Assembly: GCA_963675665.1 (NCBI GenBank)
Contig: OY776510.1
Location: 704,001-768,000 of the forward strand
DNA: 64,000 nt
Direction: 5' to 3'
Origin: Spirochaetia bacterium
Lineage (GTDB): Bacteria; Spirochaetota; Spirochaetia; UBA9216
Every line of letters starts with the position of its first letter. Within the stretch, counting starts at the first letter, position 1. Shown here in pieces: positions 28,187-37,011 of the stretch. Below the pieces are notes generated by a model. It had not been told where the DNA came from and searched no databases. It saw only the letters and a list, made by a program, of their open reading frames with translations. A program made the position numbers and the translations under genes.

Positions 28187-29416
28187 ATGAAAATATGGTT
28201 AAAACTATTAATAGGTACTTTCGTCGGTATCCTTGCCGGCCTTTTTTTTCCGGAAACATGGTCGGATCTGAAAATCATTGAGCAGTTGTCCGTACTTGCA
28301 ATAAACATCGGGCGGTATGCTCTTTTCCCGCTTGTGTTCTTTACCGTTGTTACCGGCATACACACCCTTGTCCAGAAAAAAAAGGTGTTCGGTCTGATGA
28401 GCCGCACTGTTATCTATATGGTTATAGTCAGCGCAATTCTCGCTGTATTCGGATCAGTCTCGGTTTTACTGATTTCACCTGAAAGAATACCGGTTTTCAT
28501 TGAAGAAAGCGCAAAAGTAACCCAGCAGGGATTTTACAATACCCTGCTTGCCATATTCCCCAGGAATTTCTTCAGCGTTATTCTTCAAAACGGCGATCAA
28601 ATCCTCCCGATTTTCATTATGGCGGTTCTGGTTGGGTTTAATATGAATTTCGACAAGGTTGTCACAAGAGCGGCTGTTCAGCTGTTTGAATCCGTGTCAG
28701 GTATTTTTTATCATATTAATTCGTTTATAATCGAGTTGATGGGGTTTTTTATGGTTCCGATGGCCTGGTATATAACGGAACAGATAATAAACACATCAGA
28801 AATTGAACTTTTCAAACAGATGCTTTTTGCTATTACTGCAGATGTTCTGATAATTATTTTTATCATATATCCCGTTATTCTTTATTTCATCACAGGCAGA
28901 AAAAACCCGTATAAATGGATCTACGCGGCACTTGCCCCTTCGATTGCAGCGGTAGCTTCCGGCGACAGTCTTTTTTGCCTGGGCCTTCAGATTAAAAACA
29001 GTTCAGAAAATATGGGCAGCCGAAAAGAGACAGGCGCAGTCAGCCTGCCTCTGCTGGCAGTCTTTGGAAAAGCAGGGACGGCAATGATCACCGGCGTTTC
29101 TTTTATTGTGATTTTAAAGTCATATTCCAGCCTCGGGCTGAATTTGTCGGGCGTAATCTGGGTCTCAACCTTTGCATTTCTTTCATCATTCATAGTCGGA
29201 CCGTTTCCGGGTTCGGGCGTCTTTGTTGCAGTATCGCTTCTCTGCGGAATTTACGGAAGAGGCATTGAAGAAGGTTACCTGATTCTTAAACCTGTACTGC
29301 CGATACTTTTCAGTGTAAGCGTTATGATAGACACACTGACAAATTCACTTATTTCAATGATTGTATCCAGAAATATCGGATTGCATGAAGAGGTTCCTGC
29401 AGGAAAATTCCGGTAA
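28187..29416 (+). CDS. Dicarboxylate/amino acid:cation symporter (DAACS) family
   Basis: Multi-TM; IFPRNFF, FGKAGTA motifs. Confidence 0.8.
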   Translation: MKIWLKLLIGTFVGILAGLFFPETWSDLKIIEQLSVLAINIGRYALFPLVFFTVVTGIHTLVQKKKVFGLMSRTVIYMVIVSAILAVFGSVSVLLISPERIPVFIEESAKVTQQGFYNTLLAIFPRNFFSVILQNGDQILPIFIMAVLVGFNMNFDKVVTRAAVQLFESVSGIFYHINSFIIELMGFFMVPMAWYITEQIINTSEIELFKQMLFAITADVLIIIFIIYPVILYFITGRKNPYKWIYAALAPSIAAVASGDSLFCLGLQIKNSSENMGSRKETGAVSLPLLAVFGKAGTAMITGVSFIVILKSYSSLGLNLSGVIWVSTFAFLSSFIVGPFPGSGVFVAVSLLCGIYGRGIEEGYLILKPVLPILFSVSVMIDTLTNSLISMIVSRNIGLHEEVPAGKFR

Positions 29417-29430
29417 CTTTTCCCGAAAGG

Positions 29431-30105
29431 TTACAACCGCCAGACAATTCCAATTTCGGGTTCGATGATCAGCTGATCGTGGAACCCGGCGACATCACCG
29501 TCCCAAATGTGATAAACCGGAAGGTTCGTTCCGACTTTTACCCTTAAAGCGGTATTTTCCCCGTAAGACCAGGAAAAAAAGCCGCCTGCATAAAACCCCA
29601 GAAACCTTGCAGCGCTGAAATAATACTGTCGGGCTATTGCCCTATGCTCCGCATCAACGGCATCTTCATAGGCGGTTAAAGGAAATCTGAAAGTAAACAC
29701 CGGCGCCCCGGTTACACCCAGCATTATGCTGTTGCCAATATTAAAAACTGCACCTGTTTCCGGCCTCAACTCAATATTCAGGACGCCCATCCTGTTGGCG
29801 GTCTCTATTGCCGCCGGTACCGGCTTATATGTTGAATCTTCGAGGACCGCCAGAATAACCGAAGTACTGTAAACCCTTAATCCCGGTTCAAAATACAGAA
29901 TATCGGTAAATGTCATCGGAACCGATACTCCGAACATCGGCGCCGCAACTGCAGGCGCCGGGCTTATATCGATAGATTCTCCATTCAGTATTATTGCGTT
30001 GCCGGCGTTTATGGCGATTCCCTCCAGATTGAAACTGAAAACCGCTGCCGGGAAAATTATAAATGTGAGAAGAAGGCCTGCTGTCCTTCGAAAATTAAAC
30101 ATCAT
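29431..30105 (-). CDS. Exported protein, putative outer-membrane beta-barrel
   Basis: Signal peptide, alternating aromatic beta-strands, C-terminal EIGIVWRL. Confidence 0.6.
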   Translation of the reverse strand: MMFNFRRTAGLLLTFIIFPAAVFSFNLEGIAINAGNAIILNGESIDISPAPAVAAPMFGVSVPMTFTDILYFEPGLRVYSTSVILAVLEDSTYKPVPAAIETANRMGVLNIELRPETGAVFNIGNSIMLGVTGAPVFTFRFPLTAYEDAVDAEHRAIARQYYFSAARFLGFYAGGFFSWSYGENTALRVKVGTNLPVYHIWDGDVAGFHDQLIIEPEIGIVWRL

Positions 30106-31235
30106 CTTCCGTTGAGTATATCACGCATTTTTATATACATCATACCTGAACGCCCGGTGTAAAGAAAACGGGTTTCTTCCCAGCTTACAATCATGTCATC
30201 GCCGGACACCCAGACATCCTTGTATTCAAAATCCGCCGGAAGCCCGGGCAGCTGAAGTCGCCTGATATTGTTTCCGCATAAAAGAATTTCATCTCCGGAT
30301 AAAATATACCATACCTCGCCGTCGCGGCAGGCGGGCAGCTCCATTGGAACAGCTTTATTCCGTTCAGTTGCAGGCGGAGCCGGCGAATAATAATAAAGCG
30401 GAGCATCCTCACCGGGTTTTGCCGTGGTAAGCCTGAGATAAATTGCTCCTGCAGTTCTGAGTTCTTCACCCGCAGCACCCTCGCGCACAGCCCTGATAAA
30501 ACCCCGCAGGGCAAAAGGCCCGTTGACCATCGACTGCAGACTGTATTCGTCTCTGAAATATTTTTCATCAATTTCATCTGCCGGCAGGCCGTTTTCATCA
30601 TGCCTGATATACCGGAACCTGGTTTTCTTGTCATCCGTATACTTCCAGGCTATAAAGCTGCAGTCATCCTTTCGAATAAACTCCACCGGCTCCCATCCGG
30701 GATTCCCTTCTTCAAACCCGGTTTCTACTTCACTGAAGCTGAATCTGTTTCCATCCGCAGGGTCAATGCGAACAATTACCGGACCGGGGTTTTCTGCCTG
30801 TAAAGATATATCGCTGAACATGCTGTCGCAGTATAAATGAATATAGATGTGGTTTTCTTCGGAATAAACCGTTCCTACCGTCCGTCCTTCCGTCAGCCGG
30901 ACAAAGTCTTCCGCCTCTGCTCGTTCGGGAGAAACAGGCCCGTCCGTCACGCCGGATAAACCGGAAAAAAGCGGATACCCGGCGTTTACAACCAGAACTG
31001 TCCTGTCGTCCGTTTCTGCAAATCCGGAAAGCCTTATCTGTGCGGTCCAGGGTTTAAATTCTTTTTGAGGTATATCAAGCAGATTGTCTCCGGCCAGCTG
31101 AATATATTCAGGGTATCCGTCGGTAAAATAGTAAACCGAGGTATTTGTTATCCAGCCTTCTTCTGAAAAAACCGCCGCAGCCGCGACGGTTATTATCATG
31201 AATAAAAAGACAGTTGATCTGATTAGCTTTTTCAA
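30102..31235 (-). CDS. Hypothetical exported protein
   Basis: Signal peptide; 4-nt overlaps with both neighbours. Confidence 0.65.
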   Translation of the reverse strand: MKKLIRSTVFLFMIITVAAAAVFSEEGWITNTSVYYFTDGYPEYIQLAGDNLLDIPQKEFKPWTAQIRLSGFAETDDRTVLVVNAGYPLFSGLSGVTDGPVSPERAEAEDFVRLTEGRTVGTVYSEENHIYIHLYCDSMFSDISLQAENPGPVIVRIDPADGNRFSFSEVETGFEEGNPGWEPVEFIRKDDCSFIAWKYTDDKKTRFRYIRHDENGLPADEIDEKYFRDEYSLQSMVNGPFALRGFIRAVREGAAGEELRTAGAIYLRLTTAKPGEDAPLYYYSPAPPATERNKAVPMELPACRDGEVWYILSGDEILLCGNNIRRLQLPGLPADFEYKDVWVSGDDMIVSWEETRFLYTGRSGMMYIKMRDILNGR

Positions 31236-31921
31236 TGCAGATTTACGGTTTCGATCATATACCGGATACTCGGACCTGTTCCGTCTACGACTTCTTTCTC
31301 GACGACAAAAACAAGCGATTTTTCATCAGGAGCAAATGCAACCTGTTTAATCCGGTATTTCAAAACCCCTTCCCTTTTATAATCCGGAAGCCCTATCTTG
31401 TATGTTCTTGTTGTATTCGTCTTGTCGGTAAACGTCAAATCTATATGAAAAGAAGAACTGGGCTCCTTTTCCGTTCCGAACTGCTGCTGAACCAGGGAAA
31501 CCTTGTATCTTCCGTTGTTCTTGAAATCACGGAATTCAAGCGTATTTTTTGGCTCTGCGCCATTAATAAGAAGATATACTATCCGGCCCTTATTAAGATG
31601 ATCGACATTGAAGGCTTTAATCCTGTCGTGATTTTCACTGAGCAGATTAAAAAGCGCTCCGCTTCCGTCCTGTCCCGGCTGAAGATTCGCAGGATAAACC
31701 TTTTTATAGACACCGTCGGCAGCAAACCTGTTTTCTGTTACCTTGACAGTATAAACTTCCGCATAGGGTTTTGATGTATTATATTCGATTCCATAGAGAC
31801 CGAACATGAAATACTCTGAATTTCCAGAGAAACCGAGATTCACATAATCGGCTACATCTCCGGCATAACCGGAAATTGCACATGATATCAGAATCAGGAT
31901 CAAAACAATTTTCCTGTTCAT
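31232..31921 (-). CDS. DUF2259-like secreted protein
   Basis: Signal peptide then GDVADYVNLGFS...YFMFG; GGAGG RBS. Confidence 0.75.
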   Translation of the reverse strand: MNRKIVLILILISCAISGYAGDVADYVNLGFSGNSEYFMFGLYGIEYNTSKPYAEVYTVKVTENRFAADGVYKKVYPANLQPGQDGSGALFNLLSENHDRIKAFNVDHLNKGRIVYLLINGAEPKNTLEFRDFKNNGRYKVSLVQQQFGTEKEPSSSFHIDLTFTDKTNTTRTYKIGLPDYKREGVLKYRIKQVAFAPDEKSLVFVVEKEVVDGTGPSIRYMIETVNLH

Positions 31922-32001
31922 TGAATGCCTCCCTTTCTGTTTATCGAACATTTTTAAAGATTTCTATAGTAAAATTATTCACTGATATCTATAATAATAG
32001 T

Positions 32002-32742
32002 ATGACTTTACGCCTGCGAAACACAATATTGATTCTACTGGCAGCAATTTCGGCGGTCGGGCCGGTCCTGATCATAAGAGGATTGATAAACGGAAGCCTT
32101 ATATTCAATCTCGAAACAGTTGAAACAGTAATTCCGGTCATTTTACTTTCCGTATTTACGACCCTGTCCAGCATAATTATATTTTTATCATTCAGAAATA
32201 CAGCCTCTTCGGAAATTTTCTTTTTTTTCATTTTCCTTTTTTCGTTCGCTTTCGATATTTTCAAACTTTCAGATTTTGAATTATACGGATATATCCTTAC
32301 AAAAATAGTTTATTACGGAAGGTTTCTCGGCGCCCTGGCCTTGTTCAGTGCAGGGCTGTTTACAACCGGCCTTGAGTACCGGAGAATGGGAATTACATCG
32401 ATTATTATTTTTATCCTTCCTGCCGCGCTGGTTCTGGTTCTGCCGGTAGATGTTACCACTCATATTCCGGGCGGAACATATAAAATCGGAAGATTCCATG
32501 AAACGGCAATAGCGCTCGGATCCTTATCGATGATGGGAATCATAAATTTTATAATTGCAGGTATAAAAAATGAAAGCCGTGATTACCTTGTAATTGCCGC
32601 CGGGGCCTTTTCCGCAGCCTGCGGCAGAGAACTGATTTATTATTTCGATATTGTTACAATACAGATGACAGGTTTTTTAATTTTACTTGCCGGATCAATA
32701 ATATTCGGTCTTAAAACGCACAGACTCTATCTCTGGGACTAG
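32002..32742 (+). CDS. Hypothetical integral membrane protein (about 7 TM)
   Basis: Hydrophobic ORF; TATAAT 6 nt before ATG 32002. Confidence 0.7.
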   Translation: MTLRLRNTILILLAAISAVGPVLIIRGLINGSLIFNLETVETVIPVILLSVFTTLSSIIIFLSFRNTASSEIFFFFIFLFSFAFDIFKLSDFELYGYILTKIVYYGRFLGALALFSAGLFTTGLEYRRMGITSIIIFILPAALVLVLPVDVTTHIPGGTYKIGRFHETAIALGSLSMMGIINFIIAGIKNESRDYLVIAAGAFSAACGRELIYYFDIVTIQMTGFLILLAGSIIFGLKTHRLYLWD

Positions 32743-33341
32743 AGAATCATTACAGCCGCAAAACCCGTCCCTACAGGGATTAAAAGGTTGTCTATATCTT
32801 TAACCGGAACCAGCTCAAGAACAGCTGCCGCTACCGCAACAACAAAAGCAGCTGTACTGTCTGATGTTACAAGCAACGTACTTGTATACACAGCGCCGAA
32901 ACAGGCCAGAGTTCCTTCCAGTGTTTTTTTGCCGAATCCCTGAAGTTCAATTCTGCCGAAAAACTTTCCAACCAGGCTTGCTGCGCTGTCGCCGAATGCA
33001 AGCGCGTAGATTGCAACTGCCGCTGCAGTTGAAGGATACAGCATGAGAGCCATCATGGCGCCTATTGCCAGGGTCACCGGACCCAGAACAAATCGTCCTT
33101 CATCGCGTTTTCGGGCGGCTGCAGCTGTAATTCCCGACACAAGAATAACTGATTTGCCGTTAACCCGGGAGACTTCACATACTGAATAGAAAATAGCAGC
33201 TGCGGCAAGAAAGAATTCCGTAGCCGCAATATTTATTGTCGCCAGCGCCGGAACCAGCGCCACCATTATATGTATTCCTTTTCTGAATAATTCAGTCCGG
33301 ATTTCTTCGTAGTTGATTCTTACAACTCTGCTGTCAATCAT
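32739..33341 (-). CDS. Polyprenol/diacylglycerol kinase (SEC59/DGK1/VTE5, CTP_transf_1) family
   Basis: RKGIH, FGDSAASLVGK, KKTLEG, DNLLIP; AGGAG RBS. Confidence 0.85.
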   Translation of the reverse strand: MIDSRVVRINYEEIRTELFRKGIHIMVALVPALATINIAATEFFLAAAAIFYSVCEVSRVNGKSVILVSGITAAAARKRDEGRFVLGPVTLAIGAMMALMLYPSTAAAVAIYALAFGDSAASLVGKFFGRIELQGFGKKTLEGTLACFGAVYTSTLLVTSDSTAAFVVAVAAAVLELVPVKDIDNLLIPVGTGFAAVMIL

Positions 33342-33385
33342 TAACAGAACAACTCCTGCTTGGTTTTTCCCAGTCAATATAAACA

Positions 33386-33401
33386 TGCAATTATTATGCC
33401 A
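33386..33401 (-). promoter_or_regulatory. Sigma54 -24/-12 promoter TGGCATAATAATTGCA
   Basis: GG and GC at exact -24/-12 spacing, 45 nt upstream of the start codon. Confidence 0.75.
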
Positions 33402-33535
33402 CAAACCATATTTCAGAGAGGCTTTGTTAAATACATATGTACAAAAGATTTATATTGACGATATTTTTTTTTGCAGATTTCAGGGGAACAAGTGTATGTT
33501 TTTTTATACAATTATTTTCATATTTTGCAATAGTT

Positions 33536-33570
33536 AAAAAAAGACCTGTGAAAAAAATTCTCCACAGGTC
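33536..33570 (-). terminator. Intrinsic terminator after the mrp gene
   Basis: GACCTGTG/CACAGGTC stem with T-tract on the minus strand. Confidence 0.7.
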
Positions 33571-33596
33571 GCATTATAGCACATCCGGCGTTTAAA

Positions 33597-34409
33597 TCAA
33601 GAAAACTGTTCAGCAATTTCATCTACGATTTTACTCAGAATCCTTACAGCCTCGGATTCGGGATGCGTTTTAAATACATTCCGGCCCTGGTCCTGGGCTT
33701 CCATCATTTTCTGATCAATCGGTATTCTGCCGAGAAACGGAACATCCAGTTCTTTGGCCGCTTTTTCGCCGCCGCCGCTGCCGAAGAGGTAATGCGTAGC
33801 CCCGCAGTCGGGACACACGAAGCCGCTCATGTTTTCAATAACGCCAAGGACGGGAACATTAACCTGTTTTGAAAAATTTATACTTTTTCTCGAATCCAGA
33901 ACAGCTACATCCTGAGGCGTTGTTACTATGATGCTTCCGTCAAGTTCCGGAATCAGCTGACATACCGACAGGGGTTCATCTCCCGTACCGGGAGGAGAAT
34001 CTACAACCAGAAAATCAAGTTCGCCCCAGTTGACGTCGGCAAGAAGCTGTTTAATAAATCCCATTTTCAGGGGACCTCTCCAGACAATAGGAGAGTCTGC
34101 ATCGCTGCCGGCCATAGCCAGACTTACAACTTTCATGTTGTCTTCAGCTGTCGGAGGTTCTATTCCGTTGTCGTTCTGATAAAGCATTTCGCCGTCCATG
34201 CCAAGCATTTTGGCAACATTCGGGCCATGGATATCCGTATCCATTAAACCGACTTTGTATCCTTTAGCTGCCAGCGCCCTTGCAATATTTACCGATACAG
34301 TGGATTTTCCTACCCCGCCCTTTCCGCTCATCACAATAATTTTGTGCCTGACTTGCTTCATCCGGTCGGATAGCCTTTCATCCTGCTCAATCTGTTCTTT
34401 GGTTTTCAC
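33597..34409 (-). CDS. mrp: Mrp/NBP35 (ApbC) Fe-S cluster carrier ATPase
   Basis: SGKGGVGKST, DIHGP, WRGP, DSPPGTGDE, ENMS..CPDC. Confidence 0.93.
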   Translation of the reverse strand: MKTKEQIEQDERLSDRMKQVRHKIIVMSGKGGVGKSTVSVNIARALAAKGYKVGLMDTDIHGPNVAKMLGMDGEMLYQNDNGIEPPTAEDNMKVVSLAMAGSDADSPIVWRGPLKMGFIKQLLADVNWGELDFLVVDSPPGTGDEPLSVCQLIPELDGSIIVTTPQDVAVLDSRKSINFSKQVNVPVLGVIENMSGFVCPDCGATHYLFGSGGGEKAAKELDVPFLGRIPIDQKMMEAQDQGRNVFKTHPESEAVRILSKIVDEIAEQFS

Positions 34410-34423
34410 TGAATCCGCCTTTA

Positions 34424-34780
34424 TTAGTGATGGCTGCCATGATCGTGATCATGATGGTCACAGCCTACAGCCCCGCTCACCAGGGAACCCTTGCTCAATT
34501 CTTCAAGTACGGACTCGACTCCGCCGCTGATTGATCCCAATACCTTGATTCCGCGTATCTGCATGTTCTGAATAGCACCGGCGCCTATTCCGCCGACGAT
34601 TAAAGTTTCAACACCTTTTGAACCTAGAAAATCCGGAAGAACTGCGCAGTGTCCACCGGGATTATCCATGTACGCTATATCCGTTACTCCGTCCGCCTCT
34701 ACTGTTGCAAAGGTGAAGCCCTGACATTGACCAAAATGTTCCGACACCTGTCCGTTAAGTGTCGCTACTGCTACCTTCAT
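34424..34780 (-). CDS. NifB/NifX-family metal-cluster binding protein with His-rich tail
   Basis: VSEHFGQC, GGIGAGA, C-terminal CDHHDHDHGSHH. Confidence 0.88.
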   Translation of the reverse strand: MKVAVATLNGQVSEHFGQCQGFTFATVEADGVTDIAYMDNPGGHCAVLPDFLGSKGVETLIVGGIGAGAIQNMQIRGIKVLGSISGGVESVLEELSKGSLVSGAVGCDHHDHDHGSHH

Positions 34781-34786
34781 TCTTTT

Positions 34787-34944
34787 CTCCTATAAAAAGT
34801 TTCCGCATGGATGCGGGTTTTAAGAGGTGAAGTTGTAAAGCTAAACTGCGTTGCAGTTTAAACTGAGTTGCAGTTTAAACTGAGTTGCAGTTTTTGCTTT
34901 ACAACTTCAAAATGATAAAATTGCATGGAAGCAATTTTATCATT
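34787..34944. repeat. Three-hairpin intergenic element, copy 1, containing 3x17-bp tandem repeat (34842-34892)
   Basis: CCGC-ATGGAT-GCGG; GAAGTTGTAAAGC...GCTTTACAACTTC; TGATAAAATTGC-ATGGAA-GCAATTTTATCA. Confidence 0.85.
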
Positions 34945-35455
34945 CCTTCTGTAATTTTCTGCAGTCGGGACATAATCCGTGAAACTGCACAATATGTCTT
35001 TTTATCTCAAATCCGTGTTTCTCGGACAGCACAGACTCAACCTTTCGGTAAAGTTCGCGTTCATCCTCGATAAAATCCGTATACCTGATAACCTTGTAAC
35101 ATCGCTCGCATACCAGCTGGTGGTGATGCTCGGCACGCTGATCCTCGGCGGCAATATATCTCGCCTTTCCTTCTCCGAAATTATATCTGTTGACAATGCC
35201 CATCTCATCAAGGAGGACCAGCGTCCTGTATACCGTAGCCAGTCCTATTGCCGGGTAATCCTCCCTGATTATCGAATATATCTCCTCTGCGCTCAGATAG
35301 CCGTCGGCATTCTCGAGAACACCGGCAACAAGCTGCCGTGGAATTGTCATTCTCATTCCCCGGTTCCGAATACCGCCCTCAAGCTCCATACAGCAAGGCT
35401 TGTGTCTTCCGGGCCGGCCCTGAAACTGATCACGGCCTTCAGCAGGTCTATTCAT
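34940..35455 (-). CDS. fur: Fur-family transcriptional regulator
   Basis: RMTIPR, LSAEEIY, GLATVYRTL, HHHQLVCERC, CPDC; start codon uncertain. Confidence 0.88.
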   Translation of the reverse strand: MNRPAEGRDQFQGRPGRHKPCCMELEGGIRNRGMRMTIPRQLVAGVLENADGYLSAEEIYSIIREDYPAIGLATVYRTLVLLDEMGIVNRYNFGEGKARYIAAEDQRAEHHHQLVCERCYKVIRYTDFIEDERELYRKVESVLSEKHGFEIKRHIVQFHGLCPDCRKLQKE

Positions 35456-35474
35456 CAATGATTTCCACAAATTT

Positions 35475-35494
35475 GATATTGATAATCATTATCA
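35475..35494. promoter_or_regulatory. Fur box
   Basis: GATATTGATAATCATTATC matches the 19-bp Fur consensus at 18/19; perfect 7-1-7 TGATAAT-C-ATTATCA just downstream of a minus-strand TTGACT-N17-TATCTT promoter. Confidence 0.9.
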
Positions 35495-35539
35495 TTAAGA
35501 TAGCAAAAAAATAAGATCCAGTCAAGTTTTATTAATAAA

Positions 35540-35917
35540 TCAGCCGCACAGATGATCTACCGAAGAAATCAGGGAGTTTCTGCTGAAAGGTTTTATCAGC
35601 CAGTCAGCAGAAACATTCAAGCCGCTTAAATCGCCGAATTTTTTTTCAAGCTCAAGCCGCTTCTGTTCCGAAGCAAGAAACAGAATTGCTGTTTCTTCAT
35701 TACCGAACTCCCTGAGCTTATCCAGCACCTCTGTCTGGACAGCTGTTTTCATATCCATGTCTGCGATCAACAGTTTTACATAATGGTGATGAATATAATC
35801 TATCACCCAGCCTAACGACCCGGACGATATAAAATCCAGTTTGTTTTTGAAAACAAATTCGATATCGCCTATAAGCGCTTCCGAATCTGAAAATATTATT
35901 AACGGATTTTCAGTCAA
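35540..35917 (-). CDS. Single-domain response regulator receiver
   Basis: LLIADMDM, ILFLA, LIKPF; starts immediately after the sigma factor stop. Confidence 0.7.
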   Translation of the reverse strand: MTENPLIIFSDSEALIGDIEFVFKNKLDFISSGSLGWVIDYIHHHYVKLLIADMDMKTAVQTEVLDKLREFGNEETAILFLASEQKRLELEKKFGDLSGLNVSADWLIKPFSRNSLISSVDHLCG

Positions 35918-36886
35918 TTAGATAACACTCCTGAGCTCTTTCATCCTGGTTGACTCTCCAAGTTTGGCAATGGCTTTATTCTGGATTTGTCTTACCCTTT
36001 CTCTGGTAATATTAAACATCTGGCCTATGTCTTCAAGAGTTTGCGGTCCGTCCTTTGTCAGTCCGAATCGCAGTTTAATAATATCTCTTTCCCTGTCGGT
36101 AAGTTCATCAAGCGAAACTTCCACAATCTCTTTTATATTATTCTGGAAAAAGGCTTCGAACGGTTCGTAATACTCATCGCTTGCAATAAGTTCAGTCAAA
36201 TTTGTAGAATTTTCATCATCCACCGAAATATCCAGGGATGTTGTATCGCCCGTACTTGAAAGAATTGTATTAACCTTTTCTTTGCTCAGATCCATATAGC
36301 GTGCTATTTCGGAAGCTTTCGGTTCTCGCCCCATCGACTGGGTAAGCTCTCGGGTTGCCGAATAGCATTTTCGCGCGGTATTCAGAACATGGACCGGTAT
36401 GCGAATGGTCTTTCCCTTATCGGCTATTGATTTAATTATCGACTGCTGGATCCACCAGGTTCCGTAGGTTGAGAATTTACAGCCCTTACGGTAATCAAAC
36501 CGTTCAACAGCTTCAATAAGACCGATATTACCTTCATTTATGAGATCTATCAAATTGAGACCTCTATGCTGATATTTTTTCGCAATCGATACTACAAGTC
36601 GTAAATTACTTGTTACAAGCCTGTTCCGGAATTTATTAAGTTCCGCTTCATAATATAAACGTTTCTGCTCGTAATCCGGGGTGTCTATCTCTTGATACTG
36701 AACCTTCTGTTCAAGATCCTTCATCTGACTTTTCAGCGTATCCAGATCACGGGCTAATTCAAGCTCTTCCTTTCGCGACAGAAGGGGATATACCGAAATT
36801 TGTTTAAGATACAACGAAAGCGAATCATGTTCCCCCGCTGCAAAATCTTTTTCCGACTCTATTTCTTTATTCCATGCCTCTTTCAT
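35918..36886 (-). CDS. Group 1/2 sigma-70 factor lacking region 1.1 (RpoS-like)
   Basis: YLKQI..PLLS, NLRLVVSIAKKY, DLINEGNIGL, KFSTYGTWWI, TLEDIG..FNITRERVRQIQ. Confidence 0.92.
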   Translation of the reverse strand: MKEAWNKEIESEKDFAAGEHDSLSLYLKQISVYPLLSRKEELELARDLDTLKSQMKDLEQKVQYQEIDTPDYEQKRLYYEAELNKFRNRLVTSNLRLVVSIAKKYQHRGLNLIDLINEGNIGLIEAVERFDYRKGCKFSTYGTWWIQQSIIKSIADKGKTIRIPVHVLNTARKCYSATRELTQSMGREPKASEIARYMDLSKEKVNTILSSTGDTTSLDISVDDENSTNLTELIASDEYYEPFEAFFQNNIKEIVEVSLDELTDRERDIIKLRFGLTKDGPQTLEDIGQMFNITRERVRQIQNKAIAKLGESTRMKELRSVI

Positions 36887-36954
36887 GGTTTGAATAATGC
36901 CACGAAAAAACCACAAAAAAAATCGGGAAAGCTTGAGACATTTGGTAAGAAGTC

Positions 36955-36988
36955 CCCCTATCCAACCATAGGGGAATCCCCTATGGTT
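36955..36988. other. Palindrome AACCATAGGGG-AAT-CCCCTATGGTT plus an extra CCCCTAT box, between lgt and the sigma gene
   Basis: Perfect 11-bp inverted repeat; terminator or operator. Confidence 0.55.
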
Positions 36989-37011
36989 TTTGTCATATAT
37001 AAAGAATCCAA

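Noticed and set aside
34842-34892. Palindromic direct repeats as a mini-CRISPR
   Set aside because: Units are 17 bp and contiguous, with no spacers and no cas genes
36887-36905. Sigma54 promoter for the RpoS-like gene (TGGCATTATTCAAAC, minus strand)
   Set aside because: The -12 GC is absent
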